Source: Acidobacteriota bacterium (GTDB lineage: Bacteria; Acidobacteriota; Terriglobia; Terriglobales; SCQP01). From it: a stretch of 64,000 bases of DNA. The notes under the pieces were generated by a model. It saw only the letters and a list, made by a program, of their open reading frames with translations, was not told the DNA's origin and searched no databases. A program made the translations under genes and the position numbers. Position 1 is the stretch's first letter; each line of letters starts with the position of its first letter. Shown piece after piece: positions 28,872-37,791 of this stretch. The stretch covers positions 19,571-83,570 of the forward strand of contig DAIDIE010000018.1 in assembly GCA_027459505.1 (NCBI GenBank). The letters run 5' to 3'.

Positions 28872-29411
28872 TCAGAAGTTTTCCAGAACGCCGGAGACGA
28901 TTTCCTGCGCGATGGTGCGGCTCAGGCGCTGCAAGGCGACAGGTTGCTCTTCGAAGAAGTCGCGGGCGGAAGAGCTGATCTGGTATTGATCGCGGAAGAC
29001 CATGTTGTTGTTGCGGTAAAGTTCCTTACCCTGGCGGGTGACCAGCCAGGCGCGTACCGTGACAACGACCTCGACCATGCTGGCGCGTCCAGTGGTGGGG
29101 TCGAAGGTAACCGGTGTCTCATACATGCTCAGCACATCGCCGTGCAGCACGGCGTCGCTGCCAGCCGTTTCCGGCTGAATGCGGTAGTGAGTTCGCTGGA
29201 TGAAGGTTCGAACGATGGCGGCGGTGACCTGCTGGGATAGTTGCGGCAGGCGGGTATGGTTGGCCAGGGGCGGGACGGCGATGACGTGAATTTCCGGCGG
29301 GAGTGTGTTGATGGCCGTGCCGGTATGGTAACCGCAAGCGCAGAGCGCGATGGCCAAGCTGGTCAGCAGAGCCAACAGGCCAAGGCGGCAGCGGCTAGCG
29401 GTGCGCTTCAC
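28872..29411 (-). CDS. lptE: LPS-assembly lipoprotein LptE
   Basis: 179 aa. Lipobox LAIALCACG. The size and position immediately upstream of holA fit LptE. Confidence 0.75.
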   Translation of the reverse strand: MKRTASRCRLGLLALLTSLAIALCACGYHTGTAINTLPPEIHVIAVPPLANHTRLPQLSQQVTAAIVRTFIQRTHYRIQPETAGSDAVLHGDVLSMYETPVTFDPTTGRASMVEVVVTVRAWLVTRQGKELYRNNNMVFRDQYQISSSARDFFEEQPVALQRLSRTIAQEIVSGVLENF

Positions 29412-30469
29412 TGGGTCAGGCTCCGGTCCAGTTGCAGCAGCGCGCTGGCGGCGGCGATCGCGCGCAGAGCGTTGAGGCGGAGATTGTCAAGGGCGCAGAA
29501 GACCCAAAAGGTATTGGGCGCCAATGCATCGGGCTGGACAGCGCCAATCAGGGGTGCATCCTGGCCGGTGGCCAGGACCACGTCGGGGGCGCCATCGCCA
29601 TGCAGGATCATGCCGGAGCTCAGGGCTTCGGTGAGGCGCGCGGCGCCGGGCGCCGCGGAAGCGGCTTCGAATTGTAAGCAGAGAGAAATCACCTGGCCGT
29701 GGAAAAAGGGGCCCTGGAGCAGTTGCATGGCGGGAAGCGGCGCGCTTCCCGCGAGCAAAGCGCGAAGCTGTTGGCCCAAACGGTCGAGCAGTTCGCGCAG
29801 ACCGGGCTGCGCTTCGCTGCCCAATTCGGCGCAGAGGTTGAAGGCGATTTGCTTGCCAAAGATCCGGGTAGGCAGTGGTTTCAACGCCAGGAGGTTGGAG
29901 CTTTGCTGTTGCAGTTCATTCATGCCCGCGTGGCCGCGCTGGCTGGCGGCGTCGAAGACGGTGGCGGTAGAAGCGCGCAGTGGACCGCAAGCGGAGGCGG
30001 CGAGCAAGAGCGTGGCCAGGGCCTGCACGGCGGGATTGGCGATCACCACCAGGCGCGTCCGCGGCGAGGGTTGTTGAGGAAGGCTTACCGGACCGAAAAG
30101 TAGCGCGGAGGGGTCCGTCAACTCCGATTGCAGAGCGCCGGTCAGGTCAACCAGGAAGCGCGCGCCATTGCGCGCCATGGTGAAATAGCGGCGCGTTTGT
30201 GGCTCCGGTCCACAGAAAAACACGAGGTCGAGATCCTGGAACTTGTCCGGGGAGGGCTCGTCAAAGATCATGGCCTCATCGGCGAAGAGCGAAAGGCGGC
30301 GGCTGTCGGCGGTTTGTTCCACCTGCGGCTCAGCGGCGTTTTCCAGAAGGAGCGGATCGCGAAAGCCGAGCGGAGTGTCGCGCAGCAGGCGTCCGAGTTC
30401 CTGGCCCAGCAGCGAGGAGGCGCCCACAATGGCGAGCCGCGCCGGGGCGGTGTGCGGGCGCTCAGGCAT
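29408..30469 (-). CDS. Asd/ArgC-family semialdehyde dehydrogenase-like protein lacking the catalytic Cys
   Basis: Rossmann motif LAIVGASSLLGQEL. A dimerisation domain with a conserved His (GPFFHGQ). The active-site position reads IANPAVQA instead of xNPxC. Start is at M24 (30469) or M20 (30481). Confidence 0.7.
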   Translation of the reverse strand: MPERPHTAPARLAIVGASSLLGQELGRLLRDTPLGFRDPLLLENAAEPQVEQTADSRRLSLFADEAMIFDEPSPDKFQDLDLVFFCGPEPQTRRYFTMARNGARFLVDLTGALQSELTDPSALLFGPVSLPQQPSPRTRLVVIANPAVQALATLLLAASACGPLRASTATVFDAASQRGHAGMNELQQQSSNLLALKPLPTRIFGKQIAFNLCAELGSEAQPGLRELLDRLGQQLRALLAGSAPLPAMQLLQGPFFHGQVISLCLQFEAASAAPGAARLTEALSSGMILHGDGAPDVVLATGQDAPLIGAVQPDALAPNTFWVFCALDNLRLNALRAIAAASALLQLDRSLTQ

Positions 30470-31349
30470 AACGGGTTCCATCGGTGGCCGGCCGCGAGCG
30501 GCGGCGCGTCCAGTGCTGCAGGCGCCAGAAGATGCCAAAGGCGGCGTAGACGGTGGCTACGGCCAGCAGGAAGGGACGGGAGAAGAGGAAGATCACGCCA
30601 ATCAGGGCGGCAATGAGGATGACAATCACGAAGGGATGGCGGCGGCGCAGATTGATTTCCTTGAAGCTGTAAAAGCGCCAGGTGCTCACCATGAAGTAAG
30701 CCACCAGGAGCACGAGGGCGACCCAGGCAAGGCTGAGGAGGGGATTGGTGATGGGGGCGGGGAAGGCGTGAATGAGGGCGGCGATGACGCCGGCGCCGGC
30801 GGGGATGGGCATGCCCACGAAGTATTTCTTGCCCGGTTTGCCGGGGTTGGAGGGTTTGCTTTCAGTGGTGGCGATGTTGAAACGCGCCAGGCGGGCGGCG
30901 CCGGCGACCATGAAGAGGAACACCGCCAGGCGGAGGCCGTTTTCCAACAGCATGGTAACCGGATGTCCCTGCCAGCGCAGGCGGGAGACGACGAAGCGCA
31001 CGCCCCACACGTAGGCGAGCAGTGCGGGGGCCACGCCAAAGCTGATAACGTCGGCGAGTGAATCGAACTCGCGACCGAAGTCGCTGGAGGCATGCACCAT
31101 ACGGGCAATGCGTCCGTCAAAGCCGTCGAGCAGGATAGCCCAGCCAATCGCCTTGGCGGCGGCGTCGAGCGCCTGGGCGGCGTGCGCGGTTCCCACCAGC
31201 GCCTGATTGGCTTGCTGAATGGCGTACCAACCCATGCCCAGGTTGGCGACGGTGAGCAGCGAGGGCAGGATAGCGGTGCCGCGGCGCGCTTTGCGGCGTG
31301 GCCTTTGCCCGGCCAACACCCCATCGTCGGGCAAGTTGGGCTGGCTCAT
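30462..31349 (-). CDS. pssA: CDP-diacylglycerol--serine O-phosphatidyltransferase
   Basis: CDP-alcohol phosphatidyltransferase motif DGFDGRIAR....S.FG.EFDSLAD. Multi-TM. Overlaps the psd stop. Confidence 0.9.
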   Translation of the reverse strand: MSQPNLPDDGVLAGQRPRRKARRGTAILPSLLTVANLGMGWYAIQQANQALVGTAHAAQALDAAAKAIGWAILLDGFDGRIARMVHASSDFGREFDSLADVISFGVAPALLAYVWGVRFVVSRLRWQGHPVTMLLENGLRLAVFLFMVAGAARLARFNIATTESKPSNPGKPGKKYFVGMPIPAGAGVIAALIHAFPAPITNPLLSLAWVALVLLVAYFMVSTWRFYSFKEINLRRRHPFVIVILIAALIGVIFLFSRPFLLAVATVYAAFGIFWRLQHWTRRRSRPATDGTRYA

Positions 31350-32116
31350 GAAGTTGCTCCCGTGGAGACGTTACTGGAGAAGCGGTTGGGTGAGGAGGGC
31401 ACCGCCGGCACGGCGAGGCGGGCCAAAGGGGATGTGGCGCCGGCGACGCGCTGGCCAACGCGGACCAGCACTTCAGCCTGGGGCGGCAGGTAGACGTCCA
31501 CACGCGAGCCGAACTTAATGAGGCCGACTAACTCTCCGCGCGCGACGTTTTGGCCGGGTTGAGGCCAGAAGACGATGCGGCGGGCAATGAGGCCGGCGAT
31601 CTGGATAAAGGCGACCGGCGGACGCTCGCCTTCCAGGCGCACCAGATTTTGTTCGTTTTCCACCGCCGATTCCGGTTTCAGCGCGTTGAGGAACTGGCCC
31701 TTTTTGTACTCGACCTGGGTCACGCGACCGGCAACGGGGCTGCGGTTGACGTGGACGTCGAAGACGGAGAGGAAGATGCTGATGCGGGTGGCAAACTCCT
31801 GGCCCGGGGGGAGCGCCTCGACGGCGGTCACCTTGCCATCGGCGGGCGAGACCACCAGATCGGGATCAGAGGGGGGCGTGCGGAGCGGATTGCGAAAAAA
31901 ATAAAGGACAAAGAGCGCCAGCAGCAGCACAGGAAGGCACCAAGGCCAACCCAGCAGCCAGGCGATCAGCGCCGCTGCCGCAAGCAGCCCGCCAGCGTAA
32001 TAAAGACCGTCGCGGATCACTTGGAACAGTATAGCAACGGGGTTGATAGGCGGCGGGATGGAGCGGTAAGGAGCGGGCGAAAGCGAGCCTTCGGGCGGAA
32101 AGGCCGTTTGGGACAT
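31346..32116 (-). CDS. psd: Phosphatidylserine decarboxylase (short, membrane-anchored type)
   Basis: N-terminal TM helices, the motif FDVHVNRSPV.G, and a C-terminal KFGSRVD containing the GS(R/T) self-cleavage site. Confidence 0.88.
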   Translation of the reverse strand: MSQTAFPPEGSLSPAPYRSIPPPINPVAILFQVIRDGLYYAGGLLAAAALIAWLLGWPWCLPVLLLALFVLYFFRNPLRTPPSDPDLVVSPADGKVTAVEALPPGQEFATRISIFLSVFDVHVNRSPVAGRVTQVEYKKGQFLNALKPESAVENEQNLVRLEGERPPVAFIQIAGLIARRIVFWPQPGQNVARGELVGLIKFGSRVDVYLPPQAEVLVRVGQRVAGATSPLARLAVPAVPSSPNRFSSNVSTGATS

Positions 32117-32227
32117 AATGGGGAGCCGAGATGGACAGTGGACCGGTATGTGCTACTGCAGGGCTGAGGTGGGGCCGGCAAATTGAGCGTTGAGGTTTAC
32201 GGAGTGGGAACGATGCCGGAGCGAGAT

Positions 32228-32899
32228 ATGAGCGGGAGCGGCATATTCATTACCTTTGAAGGGGTTGATGGCAGCGGCAAGAGCACGCAACAGCGGCTGC
32301 TGGGTGAATTTCTTCGCGAGCGGGTGGGAGAGTTGCTGTTAACGCGCGAACCGGGGGGCACGCCGCTGGGCGAGCGAGTGCGGGAGCTGGTGGTGGCTTC
32401 GGGAAAGTTGGAGATCGCGCCGGAGTCGGAACTGGCATTGATGTTTGCGGCGCGGGCGCAGCACTTGCGCGAGCGCATTCTGCCGGCTTTGCAGAGGGGG
32501 GCGGTGGTGCTCTGCGACCGTTTCGTGGATGCCTCGGTGGCCTACCAGGGGGCGGGGCGGGAACTGGGCGAGGAGCGGGTGTGGGAACTGCACCGGCTGC
32601 TGTGTGGCGGCGTACTGCCTGATGTGACGTTTATTCTCGATGTGGATACGCAACAGGCTTTGGCGCGGGCGCGGGAACGGATACGCAGTTCAGCCTCGGC
32701 GGAGAGCCGCTTTGAACAGCAGGGGGAGCGTTTTTTCGAGCGGGTGGCGGGGGCGTACCGGGCACTGGCGGGGGCGCATCCGCGGCGTTGCCGGCTGATT
32801 GAGGTGCGGGGCACTCCGCAAGAGACGCAGCAGGAGATTCAGCAGCAATTGCTGGAGGCGTTTCCCGCGCTCCAGCGGGCCGTGGTGCGAGGCGAATAA
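32228..32899 (+). CDS. tmk: dTMP (thymidylate) kinase
   Basis: P-loop FITFEGVDGSGKSTQ, DRF motif (LCDRFVDAS), and a lid region. Alternative start at 32183. Confidence 0.93.
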   Translation: MSGSGIFITFEGVDGSGKSTQQRLLGEFLRERVGELLLTREPGGTPLGERVRELVVASGKLEIAPESELALMFAARAQHLRERILPALQRGAVVLCDRFVDASVAYQGAGRELGEERVWELHRLLCGGVLPDVTFILDVDTQQALARARERIRSSASAESRFEQQGERFFERVAGAYRALAGAHPRRCRLIEVRGTPQETQQEIQQQLLEAFPALQRAVVRGE

Positions 32900-32901
32900 G
32901 C

Positions 32902-33987
32902 ATGCCGTTTTCCGACTTCCTGGGCAATGAAACGACCGTGCAGCGCCTGCGCGCGCTGATTGCCGGGCAACAAATGGGCCGCAGCGTGGCGCTGGCGGGG
33001 CCGGCGGGGCTGGGCAAGACGACGCTGGCGGCCATGATCGGGTTGGCGCTCAACTGCGAGCAACCACCCCAGGCGGGCGACTTCTGCGGGGTTTGCGCCA
33101 GTTGTTCTCAATTGACCGCCGTGAGTGAGTGGGACGCGCTCAGCGAGGAGGCGGCGGAGTTTCGCGATGAGGAGGTCAAGACCAGGGCCAAGGAGACGGC
33201 GCCGCTGGTGGTGAGTCCGCATCCGCAAATCCGGTATTTTCCTCCGGACGGCGACTTCATCACCATGGGGCAGGCGCGCGAAGCGATGCGTCTTGCGCAA
33301 CTGCATCCGGGGGTGGGCAAATCCTGGGCTCTGGTGCTGCCGGAACTGGAGCGGGCGCGCTGGATTGTGCAGACAGCGATGCTAAAAACGCTGGAGGAGC
33401 CACCCGCGGGCGCCTGTTTTCTGCTGCTGGTGCACAATCCGATGGAGTTGCTGCCGACGGTGCGTTCGCGCTCGCTGATTTTGCAACTGGCGCCGGCGCC
33501 GCGGGCGGAGATCGAAAAACTTCTGGGCGCGCGGCGTCCGGAACTGGCCCAGGGGCCACGCGAGCTGCTGGCGCGGCTGGCGCAGGGATGCCCGGGGCGG
33601 GCGCTGGGCATGGACCTGGACGCTTACCGGGAGCTGAGAAAACAGGCGTTTCTCTTACTTCGCGGCGCGCAAAAGACTGAGTCACACAGCGAACTCTTCC
33701 GAGTGACTGAGCAATGGCGTGCCGGAAAAGAAACATTTGAATCACTGCACGAAATTCTTTATAGTGTCCTGCAAGATATTCTGTATCTGATTTCTGACCG
33801 CTCCGATTCGATCCGGAACGTCGATTGTCACGCGGAGTTGGCGGCATTAGCCAGTTTTTACACCCCGGGCAGGATAGCCGCGGCGGTGAAGGAGCTGGAT
33901 TTAGTACTGTCAGCGGCGCGGCGCAACGCGAACCGGCCGCTCGCCTTGGATGCCTGGGCGTTGCGGCTGGCTGAGGCGCAAGCCTGA
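32902..33987 (+). CDS. holB: DNA polymerase III subunit delta'
   Basis: 361 aa. AAA+-like GPAGLGKTTLA, a Zn-module-like CGVCASC, and ...LLKTLEEPP. Follows tmk as in many bacteria. Confidence 0.88.
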   Translation: MPFSDFLGNETTVQRLRALIAGQQMGRSVALAGPAGLGKTTLAAMIGLALNCEQPPQAGDFCGVCASCSQLTAVSEWDALSEEAAEFRDEEVKTRAKETAPLVVSPHPQIRYFPPDGDFITMGQAREAMRLAQLHPGVGKSWALVLPELERARWIVQTAMLKTLEEPPAGACFLLLVHNPMELLPTVRSRSLILQLAPAPRAEIEKLLGARRPELAQGPRELLARLAQGCPGRALGMDLDAYRELRKQAFLLLRGAQKTESHSELFRVTEQWRAGKETFESLHEILYSVLQDILYLISDRSDSIRNVDCHAELAALASFYTPGRIAAAVKELDLVLSAARRNANRPLALDAWALRLAEAQA

Positions 33988-34067
33988 GCTGATCGGCCTG
34001 GAGTTGCGCACAGCCATCAGCACGGAAGCAACTCAGGGCCGGTTTTCCGGTCAGAGCAGGGCACTTC

Positions 34068-34469
34068 ATGGCTTCTTCCAGCGAAACTGCAACACGGCGC
34101 GTCACCGAAACGGAAGTGATCGCCAACCGCAAACTGATTCGTCCGTCGCTCTCGGAACTGCGCGAACAAATGGCGCGCACGCCAGCACCGCCGGTCAACT
34201 CTCCGGCCGCGGCCAGCGCGCCGGCCCCGGTGCGCTCGCCGAAAAAGCCCGTGCCCCCCGAGCAGACCAACGCGGAGTCGTTCTACTACGTCAAGCAGAT
34301 GCAGAGCAAGACGCCGATGGTGCTCATCCTGAAGGATGGGGAGCGCGTCACCGGCATCATCGAATGGTACGACCGGCATTGCCTGAAGATTCACCGCAAC
34401 GGCGAGCCCAACCTGCTGATCTACAAATCGCACATCAAGTATCTCTACAAGCAGGAAGACGAGCGCTAG
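34068..34469 (+). CDS. Sm-fold Hfq-like protein with an N-terminal extension of about 65 aa
   Basis: The C-terminal 65 aa (ESFYYVKQMQSKTPMVLILKDGERVTGIIEWYDRHCLKIHRNGEPNLLIYKSHIKYL) follow the Hfq Sm1/Sm2 pattern (compare YKHAI). The N-terminus is Pro/Ala-rich. Confidence 0.6.
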   Translation: MASSSETATRRVTETEVIANRKLIRPSLSELREQMARTPAPPVNSPAAASAPAPVRSPKKPVPPEQTNAESFYYVKQMQSKTPMVLILKDGERVTGIIEWYDRHCLKIHRNGEPNLLIYKSHIKYLYKQEDER

Positions 34470-34517
34470 CAGCCGCATTTTTCCTTCAGGCGCCGCCACT
34501 GGAGGAAAATACAAAGG

Positions 34518-35237
34518 ATGAACGAGCGCGGTTGCGATCCCACCGAAGTTTCCCAATTGCTTGCCGATCGTATCCGGCAGGTGCGGGAGAGCGTCAACGA
34601 AGCCAGCCGGCGCGCCGGACGCCCTGCACAAGCGGTCAAGCTGATCGCGGTCACCAAGACTGTCTCTGCTGAGATGTTGCGGCAGGCGGCGGAGCTGGGA
34701 CTGGACGAATTCGGCGAAAACCGGGTGCAGGAGGCGGCCCTTAAACGCCCCTGGCTGAGTGATCTCCCGTTGCGCTGGCGGCTCATCGGCAATCTGCAAA
34801 AAAACAAGGCGCGCCGGGCGCTGGAACTGTTTGACGCCATTGACAGCCTGGATGACGTTGCGCTGGCGCAGCGGCTGGATGCGCTGTGCGCGGAGGCACA
34901 GCGGCGCCTCCCCGTCCTCATTGAAGTCAATATCGCCGCAGAGCCACAGAAGCATGGAGTCCCGCCAGGGGATCTGCCGCGGGTGGCCGAGGCGGTGCTG
35001 CGACTGCCGCATTTGGATTTGCAGGGACTAATGACGGTGCCGCCGCAAAGCGAGGTGGCGGAGGTGGCGCGGCCGTGGTTTGCGGCGCTGCGGCAATTGG
35101 GCGAACGGCTGGGGACGGAAACGGGACTGAAACAGGTGCAGCTTTCGATGGGAATGTCGCACGATTACCCGGTGGCGATTGAGGAGGGGGCCACCATGGT
35201 GCGGGTGGGTTCGGCGATCTTTGGGGCGCGGCGGTGA
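34518..35237 (+). CDS. yggS: YggS-family pyridoxal-phosphate homeostasis protein
   Basis: 239 aa. VKLIAVTKT (PLP Lys), ..FGENRVQE.., HLIG.LQ.NK-like (RLIGNLQKNK), and SMGMS.D. Confidence 0.92.
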   Translation: MNERGCDPTEVSQLLADRIRQVRESVNEASRRAGRPAQAVKLIAVTKTVSAEMLRQAAELGLDEFGENRVQEAALKRPWLSDLPLRWRLIGNLQKNKARRALELFDAIDSLDDVALAQRLDALCAEAQRRLPVLIEVNIAAEPQKHGVPPGDLPRVAEAVLRLPHLDLQGLMTVPPQSEVAEVARPWFAALRQLGERLGTETGLKQVQLSMGMSHDYPVAIEEGATMVRVGSAIFGARR

Positions 35238-35322
35238 AGTCTTTGCGGAGGTTGCGGGACTGCCCGGAGGTGATTGTCGTTACGGGAGTTGGTTGCGGGC
35301 TTTTAAAAGCGTTCTGACTCTT

Positions 35323-35631
35323 ATGGATTCCCTTCAGATACGCTCGAGTGGTTCGGAACTTCTGATCGATCTCAAGGTGCATCCGCGGGCACGGCGCAAC
35401 CGGGTGAGTGGTGTTCTGGGCGGAGCGCTGAAGCTGGAAGTCACAGCGCCACCGGAGAACGGCCGGGCGAACGAGGCCTGTCTGGAGCTGCTGGCCGAGG
35501 TTCTGGATGTGTCCGCACGGCAGTTGCATCTGGTGAGCGGGCAAAGTTCATCGCGGAAATGTGTGGCGGTGCGCGGGGTGAGCGAGGAAGAGGTGCGGAA
35601 GCGGATCGGCTCCTGCACGGTAAGGCGCTGA
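35323..35631 (+). CDS. DUF167 (YggU-family) protein
   Basis: Start ATG 35323. LKVHP.A..N.V.G.....LK..V.APP..G.AN......LA motif typical of YggU. Adjacent to yggS. Confidence 0.85.
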   Translation: MDSLQIRSSGSELLIDLKVHPRARRNRVSGVLGGALKLEVTAPPENGRANEACLELLAEVLDVSARQLHLVSGQSSSRKCVAVRGVSEEEVRKRIGSCTVRR

Positions 35632-35636
35632 CAAGA

Positions 35637-35688
35637 CCTTTGCTGTCACTTCGGCCTGGGAGCTCGAACTCGCAATCACTTCTACTCG
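35637..35688. repeat. 52-nt interspersed intergenic repeat, copy A
   Basis: CCTTTGCTGTCACTTCGGCCTGGGAGCTCGAACTCGCAATCACTTCTACTCG. 44/52 identical to 38779-38830. Confidence 0.8.
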
Positions 35689-35761
35689 GCGCTGGCGTGT
35701 CTAACAGGGTCCCCGGTACAAAGTTCTGTTCAGCGGCAGCGCTGGCTGCTACCTTGGGTGC

Positions 35762-37195
35762 ATGAACCTGTACCTTTTGGTGCTGGTGGTGATTGCCGGG
35801 GCGCTGTTGCTGGTCAGTCTTTTGCGGCTGCGCACGGTGAAGACTGGCACTGACTTCCTGCTGGCAGGGCGCAGCTTGCCGGCCGGGGTGTTGATCTTCA
35901 CGCTGCTCTCCAGTTGGATTGGGGCGGGCAGCCTGTTTGCCGGGGCGGAGAACGCCTTCCGCAATGGCATGGCCAGCCTATGGCAGCCGGCCGGCGGCTG
36001 GGTGGGGCTGCTCATCATCTACTTCGTGGCTCCGCGGGCGCGCAAATTTGCACAGTACACCGTGCCCGACCTGCTGGAGACGCGCTATGGAGCGGCGGCG
36101 CGGGTGCTGGCGATGATCGCTATCCTGCTGGCGTATACCGCGATCACCTCTTACCAGTTCAAGGGCGGCGGCGACATTCTTGCGCTGGCTACCGGCATCA
36201 GCCCCATGCAGGGAACGTTCATCATCGCCATTTTCGTCATCGTGTTTACCGCGCTGGCGGGGATGAGTTCGATCGCCTACGGCGACGTGGTGATTGGAGT
36301 GATGGTAAGCGTGATTCTGATCGCCGCGGTTCCCATGCTGCTGGTGCGGGCGGGAGGCTGGGCGGGGGTGGAGCGGGCGCTGCCGGCATCGCACTTCCAG
36401 GTGCTGGGGCAGCTTTCGATCTGGCAGGCGCTGGGCTTCTTTTTACCTGTGTTTCTGCTCATGCTGGGCAATCAGAGCATGTATCAGAAGTTTTTTTCCG
36501 CCCGCTCGGCCGCCGACGCGCGCAAGGCGGTGGTGGGATGGGTGATTGGGACGGTCATTTTGGAAACGGTGATTGTGGTGATCGCGGTGATTGGTTCGGC
36601 GCTGTTCCTGCACGCCTCCGATCTGCGGCCGCGGGAGATCATCGCGTACACGGCGCGGCACGCGCTGCCGGGATGGATGGGCGCCATTTTGATGGGGGCG
36701 GTGTTTGCGAAAGTAGTTTCCACCGGGAACAACTACCTGTTTTCACCAGCGACGAATCTGGTGCATGACATTTACAGCCGCTTTTTGCGTCCGCAGGCCA
36801 GCAACCGGGAAACGCTGATCGCCTCGCGCCTGCTGGTGATCGGACTGGGGCTGTTTGCCCTGGCGCAGACGTTTCAGTCTTCGGTGTTGGCGGTGATGCT
36901 TTATGCCTACACCGTCTATAGCGCGGCGATCACGCCCGTGGTGATGGCGGCTTTCTTCTGGAAGCGCGCCACGCGGCAGGGGGCGGTGTTTTCCATTGCG
37001 CTGGGAACAGTGGTCACCGTGGTTTGGAATGTCGTGCCGCATGTGCTGGCGGCGGATTCACCACTGGCGCGTTTGACGACGGAGTTCGACGCCATTTATC
37101 CGGCGGTGCTGCTTTCGGTTATTGCCCTGGTGGTAGTGAGTTGGTTGACGCCGCCGCCGCTGCCTGAGCAGGTGCAACCGTTTATGGAGAGCTGA
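35762..37195 (+). CDS. Sodium:solute symporter (SSS) family transporter
   Basis: 477 aa with about 13 TM helices. N-terminal ...DFLLAGRSL....... is typical of SSS family members. Confidence 0.88.
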   Translation: MNLYLLVLVVIAGALLLVSLLRLRTVKTGTDFLLAGRSLPAGVLIFTLLSSWIGAGSLFAGAENAFRNGMASLWQPAGGWVGLLIIYFVAPRARKFAQYTVPDLLETRYGAAARVLAMIAILLAYTAITSYQFKGGGDILALATGISPMQGTFIIAIFVIVFTALAGMSSIAYGDVVIGVMVSVILIAAVPMLLVRAGGWAGVERALPASHFQVLGQLSIWQALGFFLPVFLLMLGNQSMYQKFFSARSAADARKAVVGWVIGTVILETVIVVIAVIGSALFLHASDLRPREIIAYTARHALPGWMGAILMGAVFAKVVSTGNNYLFSPATNLVHDIYSRFLRPQASNRETLIASRLLVIGLGLFALAQTFQSSVLAVMLYAYTVYSAAITPVVMAAFFWKRATRQGAVFSIALGTVVTVVWNVVPHVLAADSPLARLTTEFDAIYPAVLLSVIALVVVSWLTPPPLPEQVQPFMES

Positions 37196-37196
37196 G
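37169..37196. repeat. 28-bp direct repeat, copy 1 (last codons and stop of the symporter gene)
   Basis: CAGGTGCAACCGTTTATGGAGAGCTGAG. 27/28 identical to 37289-37316. Confidence 0.85.
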
Positions 37197-37288
37197 GGTT
37201 GGCGGCGGGGGCTTGTGGGCTGCGCGCGGCGCGGCTTGGGGCAGGCGGCGGTTTTCCCACTTAACAAAAAACGTTGAGTGGCACCCGG

Positions 37289-37316
37289 CAGGTGCAGCCG
37301 TTTATGGAGAGCTGAG
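37289..37316. repeat. 28-bp direct repeat, copy 2 (120 bp downstream)
   Basis: CAGGTGCAGCCGTTTATGGAGAGCTGAG. Confidence 0.85.
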
Positions 37317-37356
37317 AGGAAAAGGCTGGAAGAAGCGGGTGGCCGGTAATCGCGGC

Positions 37357-37767
37357 TCAGTTGCTACGGATTTCGGCGAGGCGCGAGCAGGCAATACGGT
37401 AGTTGGCCGACTGATAGGCGACCAGGCGGCGCATTTCGGTGTCCACGCGTTCCGACGACGAGGTCAGCAGGCGGGCCGCCTGCAGGCAGAGGTAATAAAA
37501 ACGTACCCAGATTTCCTGACGCATGTAAACCGCCGGAGCAATGCTGTCGAGCAAAAAGCTGAGGGTACGGTAGTCCTGGTCCAGGGTGCTGCCGACGGGG
37601 AGGAGGCCTTCCTGGCGGAGGCGTTCGAGTTCGGCAATATCAGCCGCCATCAGCCGCACACGAGCGAACGAGTAGATGGCGTAGAGCAGGACGATCACCG
37701 AAACCAGGAGGATGACCAGGGAATAAATCTGTTGCGCGCTGATGATCACCATTCCCATGCTGCTCAT
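37357..37767 (-). CDS. Hypothetical single-pass membrane protein
   Basis: 136 aa with an N-terminal TM helix (IYSLVILLVSVIVLLYAIY). Sits 24 nt downstream of the 7-TM gene on the same strand. No family recognised. Confidence 0.55.
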   Translation of the reverse strand: MSSMGMVIISAQQIYSLVILLVSVIVLLYAIYSFARVRLMAADIAELERLRQEGLLPVGSTLDQDYRTLSFLLDSIAPAVYMRQEIWVRFYYLCLQAARLLTSSSERVDTEMRRLVAYQSANYRIACSRLAEIRSN

Positions 37768-37791
37768 ACTGTACTCCTCCTCGCTGCAGGA

